A DNA stretch of 64,000 nt. Source: Zygnema circumcarinatum SAG 698-1b (Eukaryota; Plantae; Zygnematophyceae). Below the pieces are notes generated by a model that saw only the letters and a list, made by a program, of their open reading frames with translations, made no database searches and was not told where the DNA came from. The stretch lies in contig CM074804.1 in NCBI GenBank assembly GCA_037447605.1, positions 5,805,909-5,869,908 on the forward strand. The letters run 5' to 3'. A program made the translations under genes and the position numbers. Positions 10,216-21,087 of this stretch are shown one piece after another; position 1 is the stretch's first letter; every line of letters begins with the position of its first letter.

Positions 10216-13200
10216 ATGTGGCGGCTGAGACCGCATCAGGCAGGCAGGGAGCAGGGACCACTGGAAGGGAAAACGGTTGAAGTTGGGAAATTGAAACTGC
10301 ATGTGAACAAGACTATCGCACAGGGAGGGTTCTCTTTCGTGTACTTGACGAAATGCGCGCAGTCAGGGAAGTTATATGCGCTGAAGCATGTGAGGTGTAA
10401 TGACGAGGAGGGAGCTGAATTGATGAAGAAGGAGGTTGGAGTTATGCTGGGCTTGCGCGGCCATCCAAATGTAGTCACCCTCCATGCGCATAGCAAGGTG
10501 GAAGCGGGAGCGTGGACTGAGTTTTTCCTGGCAATGGATTACTGTGAGAAGACTCTGGTGAATGTGATCGACAGCAGGGGGCAGACGTTTTATGACGAGA
10601 AGCAGCTTCTTCTTGTCTTCCGTGATGTATGCACCGGCGTCTACATAATGCACTCCCGCTCTCCGCCTGTTGCCCACAGGTGGTGTATCTTGCCATGATA
10701 TATAGACCCACTCAACTATAAAGAACCATTGCATTAAGAACAGCTTGTATTTCGGTGATTTGGCATACGTGACGGGTAAGTCAACCTTGCAATGCCGCTG
10801 TTGCTATGCCTCCCTTGTCATGTGCAAACTACCTGCTGCTTACTTTTATACTTTTGCATTCTACGGAAGAAGGAAGAAGCCTCATTATGCGTCCGGGAGT
10901 TTGGCTTAAAATCTGTCAGTGTCTACTAGTTATCTGAAGTTTTGGTTAATCCCATCTTGTCCACAACAACGTGCTGAGAAACTTACTTGTCTTTACTCTT
11001 CTGGGCCATCGCCAAGTAAAAAAATTTCATTTTCATCTAAAGTGGGAGCTGTGCTTGTTTGATGGATCAGGGATTTGAAAGCAGAAAATGTGCTTCTCGG
11101 GGGTGACGGCCATTGGAAGCTTTGTGACTTCGGCAGCGTCTCAACTACTCACCGGCGTTTTGAGCGGGCAGAGGAGATGGGACCGGAGGAAGACATCATC
11201 CGGAAACACACCACTCCAGCATACCGCGCTCCAGAGGTGCACTCGATTGAACCGACACACTGATGAGTGAAAGTGTTTGTCGAACCTCGACATTCTCACG
11301 GTCACTGACGTAGTGCAGAGCCTCTCCCTCTCCCTCGCCCTCGCCCTCTCCCACTCCCGCTCCCGCTCCTGCTCCCTCTCCCTCTCCCTCTCCCCCCCCT
11401 CCTCGCCCTCGCCCTCGCCCTCGCCATCTCCCTCTCCCTCTCCCTCTCCCTCTCCCTCTCNNNNNNNNNNGTCCCCCCTCCCCCCTCCCCCGTCCCTCTC
11501 CCTCTCCCTCTCCCTTCCTCCATCTCCTCCCCTCCCTTATACTAGCTCCTGTCGCTTCCCTCACCTTCGCCCTTTTCCTCTCCCTCTCATGTTCTCTTCG
11601 CTATTTCCACTCCCTTTCTCTGCTTCTCTCCCTCCAGTTCCTTGCGACTCGTCTTTGGTCACTGTTACATCGCTGGGAGGCGTCATTAATGTGAGAAGAG
11701 GTTCGCATAGAGTGATCGGTTATGGACAGATTTTTTTGAGGTTTAATTCCGTCTGAGCATTCTCAAGGCTTTTCAGGAATGGTGTTGTTTGCAACCTTTC
11801 CTTCACATCTGCAGAAAGCAGGATATCCGTGTTGAAGCTTTTGAAGACATTGTATTGTGCTGGCTCTTGAATGGGACTCCAGATGTGGGACCTCTACTCG
11901 AGAGACCTTATCAACGAAAAGGTTGATATTTGGGTGAGTCCTTATCTCTATCTTTTGCTCCTTTTTCCCAGTCAAGCTTCAGCTCTGGCAACCCTTTGAT
12001 ATTTGTGCCCATTCACCTGCAAATATCTGAAAGTATGTTTGAGGGGCACAGTCCAAGCAGAGACGTGTGTATCCTGTTCATCATTCTGCCTGTTGTCACA
12101 TGGAGCATGGACATTTTTTTCAGCTTCAAGTACAAAAGTTCTGGCAATGAACTACAAAACCTTGAAGGCAGCAACCTGATTGAGATGTTTTATTGGCATG
12201 TCTGCGGCAGGCCCTGGGGTGCTTGTTGTACAAGTTGGCTTATTTCAAGCCATGCTTTGATGGCGATTCCAAGCTGCAGATCTTGAATGGCAACTACCGT
12301 ATTCCAGAAGCCCCTCAATACAGCTCCAAACTTATCGAGCTGATTCGCAGAATGCTTACAACTAATCCGGAAAAAAGGCCTGATATTGCGCAGGTTTGTC
12401 ATTCTATCAAGTCCGTATTATCTCCTTCCTTCCTCTGATCTTCAAGTCTCTTTTACTGAGAAGAAGGATCGTTTACAAAGGCATGCGAAGACGGAGATTC
12501 TTGACGAGCGCTGTGGCATAGGGCGGTCTAGTTGCTTGCGAGGCTTCCACTTAAAATGCCACCCTGAGCCACACCTCTCTTTATGAGTTTAAGCACAGCG
12601 AAGAGCGTTGTCTCCTGAATCTCCTCCTTGTTACCCCTCGCGTTGGTGTCTCACCCCCCTCCCACCCAATGCCATGGCAGGTGTTGAGTGATGTAAACAA
12701 CCTCCTTCCTGGAAACGCGAGGAAGCCGCTGCCAGAGAAGCTGCCGCGCGCCAATGAGGCTGCTCGCGACTCAGGTGAGCTGCTCTGAATTCCCTTTTGC
12801 CACCTGCTTTTCCACGTGAGCTTTCTGTGAAGTCATTATCTGCAAGTCATTGAAACAGGCGTTGAATTGAATTTGTCAACTGCAGCTCCCTTAGATTTCC
12901 CCCTCTTCCTTCGTCACCCACCCTTCCTTCCCCCACTTTGTGATGTGCGCTTCACTCCCTGACTGTGTGCAGGAACAGAGCCTCAGCAGGCCGCTCCTCT
13001 AAAGCCATCCGAGCCGCGTACCGCGGCTGACCAGAGCTCTCCCGTACGGACTGCTCGGAAGGCCCCTCCCACTTCCACCCCCCCCTCTCCCCCCCTCACA
13101 GGCAGCGGCTCGTTCTGGTCCATGGACTATGCGAAGCAGCCGCGGGCGGAGAAGAGTCGGGGCTCTATCTCGGCCTCCCCGCAGAAGCAGCCGACTTTGG

Positions 13201-14246
13201 AGCGTACATTGAGTGGCGGGCCACTGGACGGAAGTGAGTTGCAGCAAGGAAGGACAAGTAGTGGGAGCTTGCCTGGGCCGAACTCACAAATACGCACAGC
13301 ATCGCAAATGAGTGGAGCAGACGACGTTCAGAAAGCCGCTCTGAGAGAGGACGTTGCCCCAGATTTTGTCAGTGGAGGTCGGGTGGACTCAGATTACAAT
13401 CGGGGCACCGTCACAAGAAGTCTGAGTGAAGACACGCTGGTGGAAATGATGGGTCAGTGTGCAAGCCTATACAGCCCTTCAGAGGAAGACAGTTCTGCTC
13501 AGGGTGGAGGGAGTGAATCCGGTTTAAAAGAGCAAGTGAAAAAGCTGCGGGAAGAAAAAGCAGATCTTGTTGCAAAGTGTGAAAAATTAGCAGGCATGGT
13601 GAGGAAGCAGCGGCGCGAGATTCAAGAGCTGAGAACAGCCTTGGCTGCCGGGAATGATGACTCCGCTGCTGAACCGGGCTCTCCCCTCATAGATTTAGAG
13701 AGAGCAGGAGCAGGCGCAGCGAGCCCAAGCGACGCGGACAGAATTAGAAGCAGGTCTCCGAGCGTGCGCAGTCCCGAAACCACTGGTGAAAAGCCATCTT
13801 CGGTGGTGCACCCCGCGGGTACACCACCATCCATCACGTTGGCAAAGCAGCAGTCATTCGCGTTCGCTTCCCCGGCTGCTTCAGGTTCTTCAGGGGCACG
13901 GCCAAGCAACGGCAAGCAGCCATTGACAGAGGCTGCATCGCTTGGAGCTTGGCGGGCCTTTGACGAGCCTGAAGTGGAGACTCCAAAGATGCCCGCAGCT
14001 AATAGTAGCCGCGTGGCTGCTGGCCAGCAAGGGGTTGGTGGTAGCCAGCAGGTGGACTGGGCAGCGTTTGAGTCCATGGCGCCAAGTGGGAGTTCAACCT
14101 CCAACAACGCTAACGGTGCTCCTCACGCAAGCGCATCTGGTTCAGCATTTGGCGCCTCACCTCAGTGGGAGGCCCCTTATGGGAAAGACGGGAAAGGAAA
14201 AAGTGGTTCACGCAGCAGCCAGCCTGCAGGATGGGCCGGCTTTTAG
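10216..14246 (+). CDS. NAK-family (AAK1/BIKE-like) Ser/Thr kinase with C-terminal coiled coil (multi-exon)
   Basis: IAQGGFSFVY, YALKH, spliced HRDLKAENVLL, CDFGS, HTTPAYRAPE, DIWALGCLLYKLAYF. The last exon (about 12972-14246) has a coiled coil and WRAF/WAAF/WAGF motifs. Confidence 0.92.
11320..11530. repeat. (CCCTCT/CCCTCG)n intronic microsatellite containing an N10 assembly gap (11461-11470)
   Basis: Read directly. Confidence 0.9.
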
Positions 14247-14627
14247 GAGACTCAAGTAGTTTGGACAGAGTCGTGATTTCCGTTTCCTGATTGGCGATTA
14301 GAATGAATCGTTCAGCCCGGTCCTACGCAATGATTTCTCGAGTCACGTATATATTCTTCTTTGTCAAGCCTATTTTAGCATTTTAGGCTATGGCCCTTCA
14401 CGTGGGGACGGACACTGGTGTTCGGAAACGGTTCAAAAAATGTTTGCAATCTTGGCGGTGTGATCGCGGAAGTAACGAGAGCCATGCTGCGAAGTTTCCA
14501 TGTTCAATTGGGTCGGGTTGGCTGTTCCTCCTGAATTTGTAAAATATTTTGCGTCTTCTAGTCAAGCTCTACTCGCAGGGAGGGGGCGATGGTGGCGAGC
14601 ATCGTCTATGCATCGCTCATGATCAGA

Positions 14628-15197
14628 CATTTCAGACATCAGGCCTTCGGGACTCCATCTGGAACCATGCTTACCGCGTTGCTTCAGTCAGAGCACACAT
14701 CCTCTTGCCAGACAGAATCCGTATAATGCAAAGACCCGCATAGAACACAGAGGGGGAGCAGTCCCTCTGCATGGCCGATCGCGGTCACGACGAGTTTCTT
14801 CCTTCCTCCCTTGGGCCTGCCCTGACGCTGAGTCCTGACTCGCGATGTTAGGTTTGATGTAGCAGTGGCGTGTGTTACAATTCCAATCAAAATTTCTGAA
14901 AGTCAGGACAAGCATTTCAGACATCAGGCCTTCGGGACTCCATCTGGAACCATGCTTACCGCGTTGCTTCAGTCAGAGCACACATCCTCTTGCCAGACAG
15001 AATCCGTATAATGCAAAGACCCGCATAGAACACAGAGGGGGAGCAGTCCCTCTGCATGGCCGATCGCGGTCACGACGAGTTTCTTCCTTCCTCCCTTGGG
15101 CCTGCCCTGACGCTGAGTCCTGACTCGCGATGTTAGGTTTGATGTAGCAGTGGCGTGTGTTACAATTCCAATCAAAAATTCTGAAAGTCAGGACAAG
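14628..15197 (+). repeat. 285-bp near-identical tandem duplication (14628-14912, 14913-15197)
   Basis: Both units run CATTTCAGACATCAGG...AGTCAGGACAAG. I noticed one substitution (AAAATTT vs AAAAATT). Confidence 0.92.
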
Positions 15198-15336
15198 GGG
15201 GAAATTTTCATTGAACTCGCGATGGCGAAGCCATCAAATGTACATGGACAAAGGCAAAATGTGGAACCACGAAGGACTGGTCACAAAGGACCGAAACAAT
15301 AAAACGAAGCTAAGAGCGGAAAACTACGCCTAGGCA
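15198..15336 (-). mobile_element. CRE-like retroelement 3'-end remnant (copy D, ~140 bp)
   Basis: Nearly identical to 53152-53285 from TTTCATTGAACTCGCGATGGCGA to AACTACGCCTAGGCA. Confidence 0.85.
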
Positions 15337-15419
15337 GGAGTCAGGCCGTTTATAGAACACTTTCAGAACTGCCGTATGGTTGTACGGCTCCAGTCGCGAC
15401 GCCAACCTTGCACAGTTCG

Positions 15420-15655
15420 GACCAGTGGATCGGCAACCATTGGACAACCATTGGATGGCAATGGTTGGACGTCTACTGGACGTCTTCCAAACCAGTCGAC
15501 TGGTTGTGAACCAGTGGCATCCACTGATTCCGAACCAGTCGAATGGTTGTTTCGATCCGGCGGCACTGGTTGGCAACCAGTCGAATGGTTATATCCATTA
15601 AATCAAATGGTTGGCAACCATTAAATCACTAGTTGTCAACGGTTGGCAACCCACC
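15420..15655. repeat. Array of AACCA-N-TGGTT short inverted repeats
   Basis: Perfect palindrome AACCAGTCGACTGGTT at 15490-15505, AACCAGTCGAATGGTT twice more, and many AACCA/TGGTT half-sites. Confidence 0.65.
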
Positions 15656-15749
15656 AAAAAACACATACGACCCATTTTTGAGCCCCTACATCTCCCTACA
15701 CGTTTGACTTACAGTAAACTATTAGTTTCCTCTTTTTGAAGTACTCACG

Positions 15750-15795
15750 GAACCCTAAGCCTAGCCTGAACCCTAAGCCTAGCCTGAACCCTAAA
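15750..15795 (+). repeat. Interstitial telomere-like repeat (GAACCCTAAGCCTAGCCT)x2 + GAACCCTAAA
   Basis: 18-bp unit containing AACCCTAA, close to the plant telomere repeat CCCTAAA. Confidence 0.6.
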
Positions 15796-16795
15796 TCTGG
15801 ACTCCTGCTCCTCCTCGCAATTCTGACTGCTCTCACAAAGCGCGCACTCATGCGCTCTATGGTGACAAAACAAAACAAAACAAAATAAATTCAGCAGAGC
15901 ATGTCCATCCACCCAAGAGAAGAAAATGAGCACAGAAAACACACACATCGCAGTATTCGCATTTTCAGATGATCACATACAGTTGAAAAAAATTCATATC
16001 AAAAATGTCAGAGCGTGCAGTTTTGCTGAAAATAAAAAGACTGCCAAAAGCAGTGGAAGTTTCAAAAAGAAAATAACGAAGCATTTCAAAATTACGAAGG
16101 AACGAATTTACGAATTACATATGAAATGAAGTTACAGCTTCAAGACTGAGCCTTCAACTCCAACCCTTAGACTCTACCACACTTTTAAACTCTTAAATGA
16201 ATACCCCCAACCTTCCTTACCCACCCTCCCTCTCTCTCTCTCTATCCTCTTTTTCTCACTCCATCCCTCTCTCTCTCATTCCCTCCCTCCTTCCCTATCT
16301 CCCTCCCTCCCTCCTCCAATATCTGCCTGCTTGTTTGCTTGCTTGTTTGCCCGCCTTCTTGCTTGCGTGTCTCCCTCCCTCCTTCCTTTCCTCCTACCTC
16401 CCTGCCTCCGTCAAGGGGTAAGGCCCCTTGATCATGGTACCTTCGGGAGTGTCGGATTTGAGAATTATGAGTTAAAGTGACATTGTCTTGATTTGAGAAA
16501 GGAGGCGTCATGTGGTGATCTCCAGAATGAGAATGTGCTGATGAAATTCTGATGGAGTTGGAGTGAGATTATCCGAGGAATGAGGAGAAGGATGCTGGCG
16601 AGTTGAGAGAGAGAGAGAGAGGAGCAGAACTGCATACGGAACTGCAGCAGGGACATGGAGGTTCAGATGATAGCAAAGCGAGATCAAGGACGGAGATCGA
16701 GTGGTTCCCGTGGCAGCGAAGGTCCACAAGGCCCCCAATCGCTTCTGCAGCGCAGGACTTTGAATGATTTGGAAAAAATCCAAAGCCTTGAACCT

Positions 16796-19700
16796 TCAAG
16801 GCGGAGGAGGAGAAAACATTTTGTCATTGTGGTTGAAGAGCCGGATGACCCCCCTGCCCACGACCCCCAGTGGTGCTCTTCCTTCGAATCGCAGCCTCCT
16901 CAAATTCAACCTTCGCTTTGAGCACCTCCAGCGCTGCAGCATTCAACATAGCATTCAACGGAGTTAGAGGGCCCCATCAAACACTACTCTACATTCCATG
17001 AAAAAAGTCCCTCGTGCACAATTTTTCTTTCAGCTCTCGACATGAAAGCCTAAATGTTGCTTAGCATATGCATTCAACGACATGCCTCAAGCTTCTTCAT
17101 AAACTAGTGAAACATGAAGGCATTGTGCGTCCCTACTGCGACTCCATATATATCATCGATGAAAAATTGCGTCGGGAGCCTGGCTAAGTAACTTCGTTTT
17201 TCTCCGTATCCGAAAAAAAAGCCCATCAACTTATCCCTAGCGCTTGGCATCTAGCTGCGTACTGACATGGAACCCCTTCTCCCCAGAGTTAGCTGCACAA
17301 AACCAGAGACTTACCCGCTTTGTACCGTGGCACAAGCTGCTCTATTTTTGGCGCATCTATGCGCCGATTTCGACAGAATCGGTTATCTGCCTTCCTCAGC
17401 AGACCTTTAAAATGCCGCACCTGCCAACACCAGCAGCATAGCCATAAACACGAGCAAGGCATTTTAGCATCCGACAACACCGCCTTCACTTCCTATCCAA
17501 TCAGCAGCCGCCTGTCCTTCACCAGCCCCCCCCCCCCCCCTCACCTCCTCCTTCCGCATGATGGCGAAGGCGCGGCCCGGGCGGCCGGCCCGGGCGGTTC
17601 GCCCCACGCGGTGCACATACGTCTTGGCGTACACCGGCACGTCGTAGCTCACCACGTTGCCCACGTTCTCCACATCCATGCCACGTGTCATCGCATCAGA
17701 GGCCACAAGAACCTGAGCTTTCCCTGACCGGAATTCCTCCAAGCTAGAACTGCCTCCCCAGATCAAGTTCGCCACAACCACCCCCAACAGTATGAGGCGT
17801 GTGTTTTCCAAAGACTTTCAAAACCTGCACTTTCCTAGACATATTAAAGCACTTGCCTACTGAAGCTAGAAATAGATTCCTTTTCCTTTTCTTTTTTTAT
17901 AAGCACCCCATTTTGAGAACCTAACGATAGCGTATCCCGGGATGAAAGGGACAGTTCCAAAGCAGCGAAACCAACCTGCGTGCCCTTTGATGCTGAAGGC
18001 TGGAATACTCCACAACATGCACTGGAAGCCCCTCAAATGCCGACAGAAGGAGGAAGAGGCGGTGTGTGGCCTCTATCGAGGCAGTGAAAACGATCGTTGA
18101 CTGTTCCTGAAGCTCCTCCAGTAGGGCAATGAGGTAAAGGGGCTTTTCTCCAGGCTCACAAACCTGCGATAGGCCCATCAAAATTCTTAAGTCAGCTGCT
18201 GTGCTTTAGTGAACAACCGAGTCAGCTTGAAAACATTTGAAGACCCACCAGCTTAAACTCCTCCAACTGAGGAGGCAATTTGTAGCGGTGGTCGGAAGCG
18301 CTGCTTGTTATGTAAAGGGGATGATGAAGAGAGAGGCGGACAATCTTTGCAGGGTCGCGTGTGAGTGTGGCAGAAAGGGCGATCTTGAGCACCGTTCTGC
18401 TCCCAAAGCCACCCTCAAAGGGCTGTGAGTGACGGAGGCAACAGCAAGGAGAAAACAACCGGCGTCATACTTGTCAGGAAAAATTCACCTTGGAAACGAC
18501 GGACAAGGTTGCAATACACGGACGACAATCATTCGGAAATGACACAAATGTGGATACAAATTGCAGGCAACCATCTGAAACTTGCATTCACTTATTATTG
18601 GGAGCATGTCTCCTCGCGAAATAACAATTCTCATTCCATTTGAGGTCAGAAAAAGCGAGCTTGGTTCCACGCTGTCTACAAGGCCACACACATGAAAGAG
18701 CAACTTGGATAAAGCTTCTCACGGGCGCTGCAATGTGCATATATGAGCTGAATCCCAATGCGGCTGACCCGATTTGTCGCCCGTGGGTGGACTGCTTATC
18801 GCAGTCAGGGCCTTTGGAAGCCAATCCTGGTATGCTTGTCTCAGAAGACGGTCTGATTCGTCCACAACCTGCAGCACCTAGTCAGCCGCGAGGCGCAACG
18901 AGCAGTGCATAGGTGCAGCACTTAAAGAACATACGGAAAGAAAGGTGAGGTGCCCACAAGATATCGCAGGTACTGAAGAGTGAAACCTCGAGTTTCATTC
19001 AGATGATCGATCAGCCGACCCGGAGTTGCCACGAGGATGTCCACTTTGCTTTGGAATTCCTGTGGACGAACCCCATCTCTGCATGGGCGCCATAACTGAC
19101 TTCCAATCTTCCCCCCAACGAGCTCCGCTGCCTCCTTTTGCAGCGATGTTTGCCCGATGGCAAGCCCCACCGCCAGCCCAACAGAGGGAGCAATGGCATC
19201 GAACACACGTTTCACCTGTGGCAACACAAATGAATAAGACGAACCGCAATAGATTCCTTGACACCTACCCTTTCGTGTTTGTCACCCTTTGCAAAACAAG
19301 ATACCAGCATAGTCTCACCTGTACTGCAAGGTCCCGAGTTGGCAGAACCACGAGAGCTCTGAGTTTTTGTACTACTCTTGACGCCAAGCCCTGCACTATA
19401 GGGAGGCCATATGCTAATGTCTTGCCGCTGCCAGTTGGGGCGCACACACATAGGTCTCTTGCTCCCCCGCCCGCCCCAATCACTTCGTTCCAGACAGCCA
19501 CCTGCACTGGGAAGAGGGTGGCAACTCCTGTGGCCTGAAGAGCAGATTGCAACCTGACCTCCATGCCACATCGCAATATGCCAAGGTGAACAACATTCAG
19601 TTTTCTGAACGTAATGGACAACCTTTGGCAAGTCTGAATTCTGGACATCAGAAAGGCAAAAAGGTGCCTCACGGCCCATCAAAGAAAGTAACACTGAGTA

Positions 19701-20934
19701 TTTTTTTAACTTGAATTCGTGAATCCATGATCATTTTCCTAATCGTTCCCAGTTTTCTCATCACATACGTCAGGAGCTACTCGACCGCCTGCTCGTCCGG
19801 CCAAGTACAACGGTAGCGCGGCCCTTATTGGCATATTCTTCAGCATAAACGTCTGGATACGCGCAACAATATGTAAGCAGGAGTTGGCTCTGCCACTTCA
19901 CTTGGAAATATCAATCCCTTAATGGATGTGCGAAACCAACACAAAGGCAGTTTCTGGTTGTTGGATCGTCCTTGTGTCCGCTCGAATTTTTCTCCCTCTC
20001 CCTTCCTCGCTCTTGCCCTCCTCTATCTCCCTTTCTCAATTATCTCCGACTAAAGTGAGGAGGTAAGCTAGAACACTAGTGAATAGTGAGACGCTGCTTG
20101 CCTTCAGGTGAAGAGGAGTGCGCCCTTCTGAACTAATCAAGCTTCTTCGTCACCCAAGCTCGCAAGTTGTGTCGCTAGTCATCTCCCTAGCAATCTTATA
20201 TCACGGATTCAGGAAAAAGCCTCAATCTCTTATTTCTTTTTGCAGGTTACTCCAATAACCTCCAACATCCAATGACCTTGTTTACTTCCATGAACGACGA
20301 CATAAACTTGGCTTGAGTTTCATCAGCTCCCGTGATGGAAAATGTCATTTGTAAAGAGAAATTTCTCTCGGCATGTAAATAAAATCAGCCAACAACAGAT
20401 TGTGATTCAATTCCGAACCAAAACCTATTCATCTCACCTTATGTCCATGCCAGGCACATCTTCAAGTGGAAGAGCAGGTGTGTCGCCGATCTCCACGGGT
20501 GATCTCATCCATGGCAAAACTGGGGGAGGTTTTCCAACAGCAGTTTCTGTGGCCTTTGAAGCCAGATTTTCCTTTTTAGAATCCGCAAGAATGGGGGCAA
20601 CCATGGCTTGGAGTTGATTAGACTCAATTCTGCCATCAGGGTTCAAATCATCTTCAACGGACTTAACGCTAACCTCTTCAGTCACAGCCGCCATGGATTC
20701 AGTCACTTCCTGCCTCTTTTTCTTTCCCTTCTTCTTCTTGCTCACTCCACTTCTTTCATCCACATCAAATGCCCCTTCATCTCCATCTTCCTCTGCAACC
20801 ACTACCCGATCAACCTCGTTATCGCCCACCTGACCTTCCTGCGGGTCTGGATCATGCCTCTTTCGTTTCTTTCTCCCTTGTGCGAGAACAACTTGAGTCT
20901 CTCCTCGCTTCTGAGCCGCATCCTTCTTTGACAT
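16796..20934 (-). CDS. RH1: DEAD-box RNA helicase, DBP6/DDX51/plant RH1-like (multi-exon)
   Basis: LPWM..PGMD, LFPVQVAVW, APTGSGKTLAY, VVLPTRDLAVQV, ILVATPGRLIDH, SATLTRDP, SDAMTRGMDV, YVHRVGRTARAG. The last exon (ALEVLKAKVE..., stop at 16796) is less certain. Confidence 0.88.
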
Positions 20935-21087
20935 GGCTGCCCGCTTCCGAAGTTCGCTCAAAGGCGCTTTCAATCGCGCGTCTTGTTATCGTTTACCAAA
21001 CGGCAGCACCAAAAGGTTTGCACTTCGACTGCAGTGGATGTAGGGTTGAAGCTTCTGCAGGCGAAAAAAGCGAGCGCTTCGTGCAGG

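Noticed and set aside
9683-10302. Long ORFs 9683..10204 and 9817..10302
   Set aside because: They are stop-poor products of the GA/CT low-complexity tract with no recognisable domain.
11196-11756. ORFs rich in EG/RG/SP repeats
   Set aside because: They are translations of an intronic microsatellite spanning an N gap.
15750-15795. True chromosome end
   Set aside because: Only 2.5 degenerate units, embedded between genes.
16655-16921. Plus-strand 88-aa ORF
   Set aside because: Antisense to the helicase last exon and 3' UTR, with no homology or splice support.
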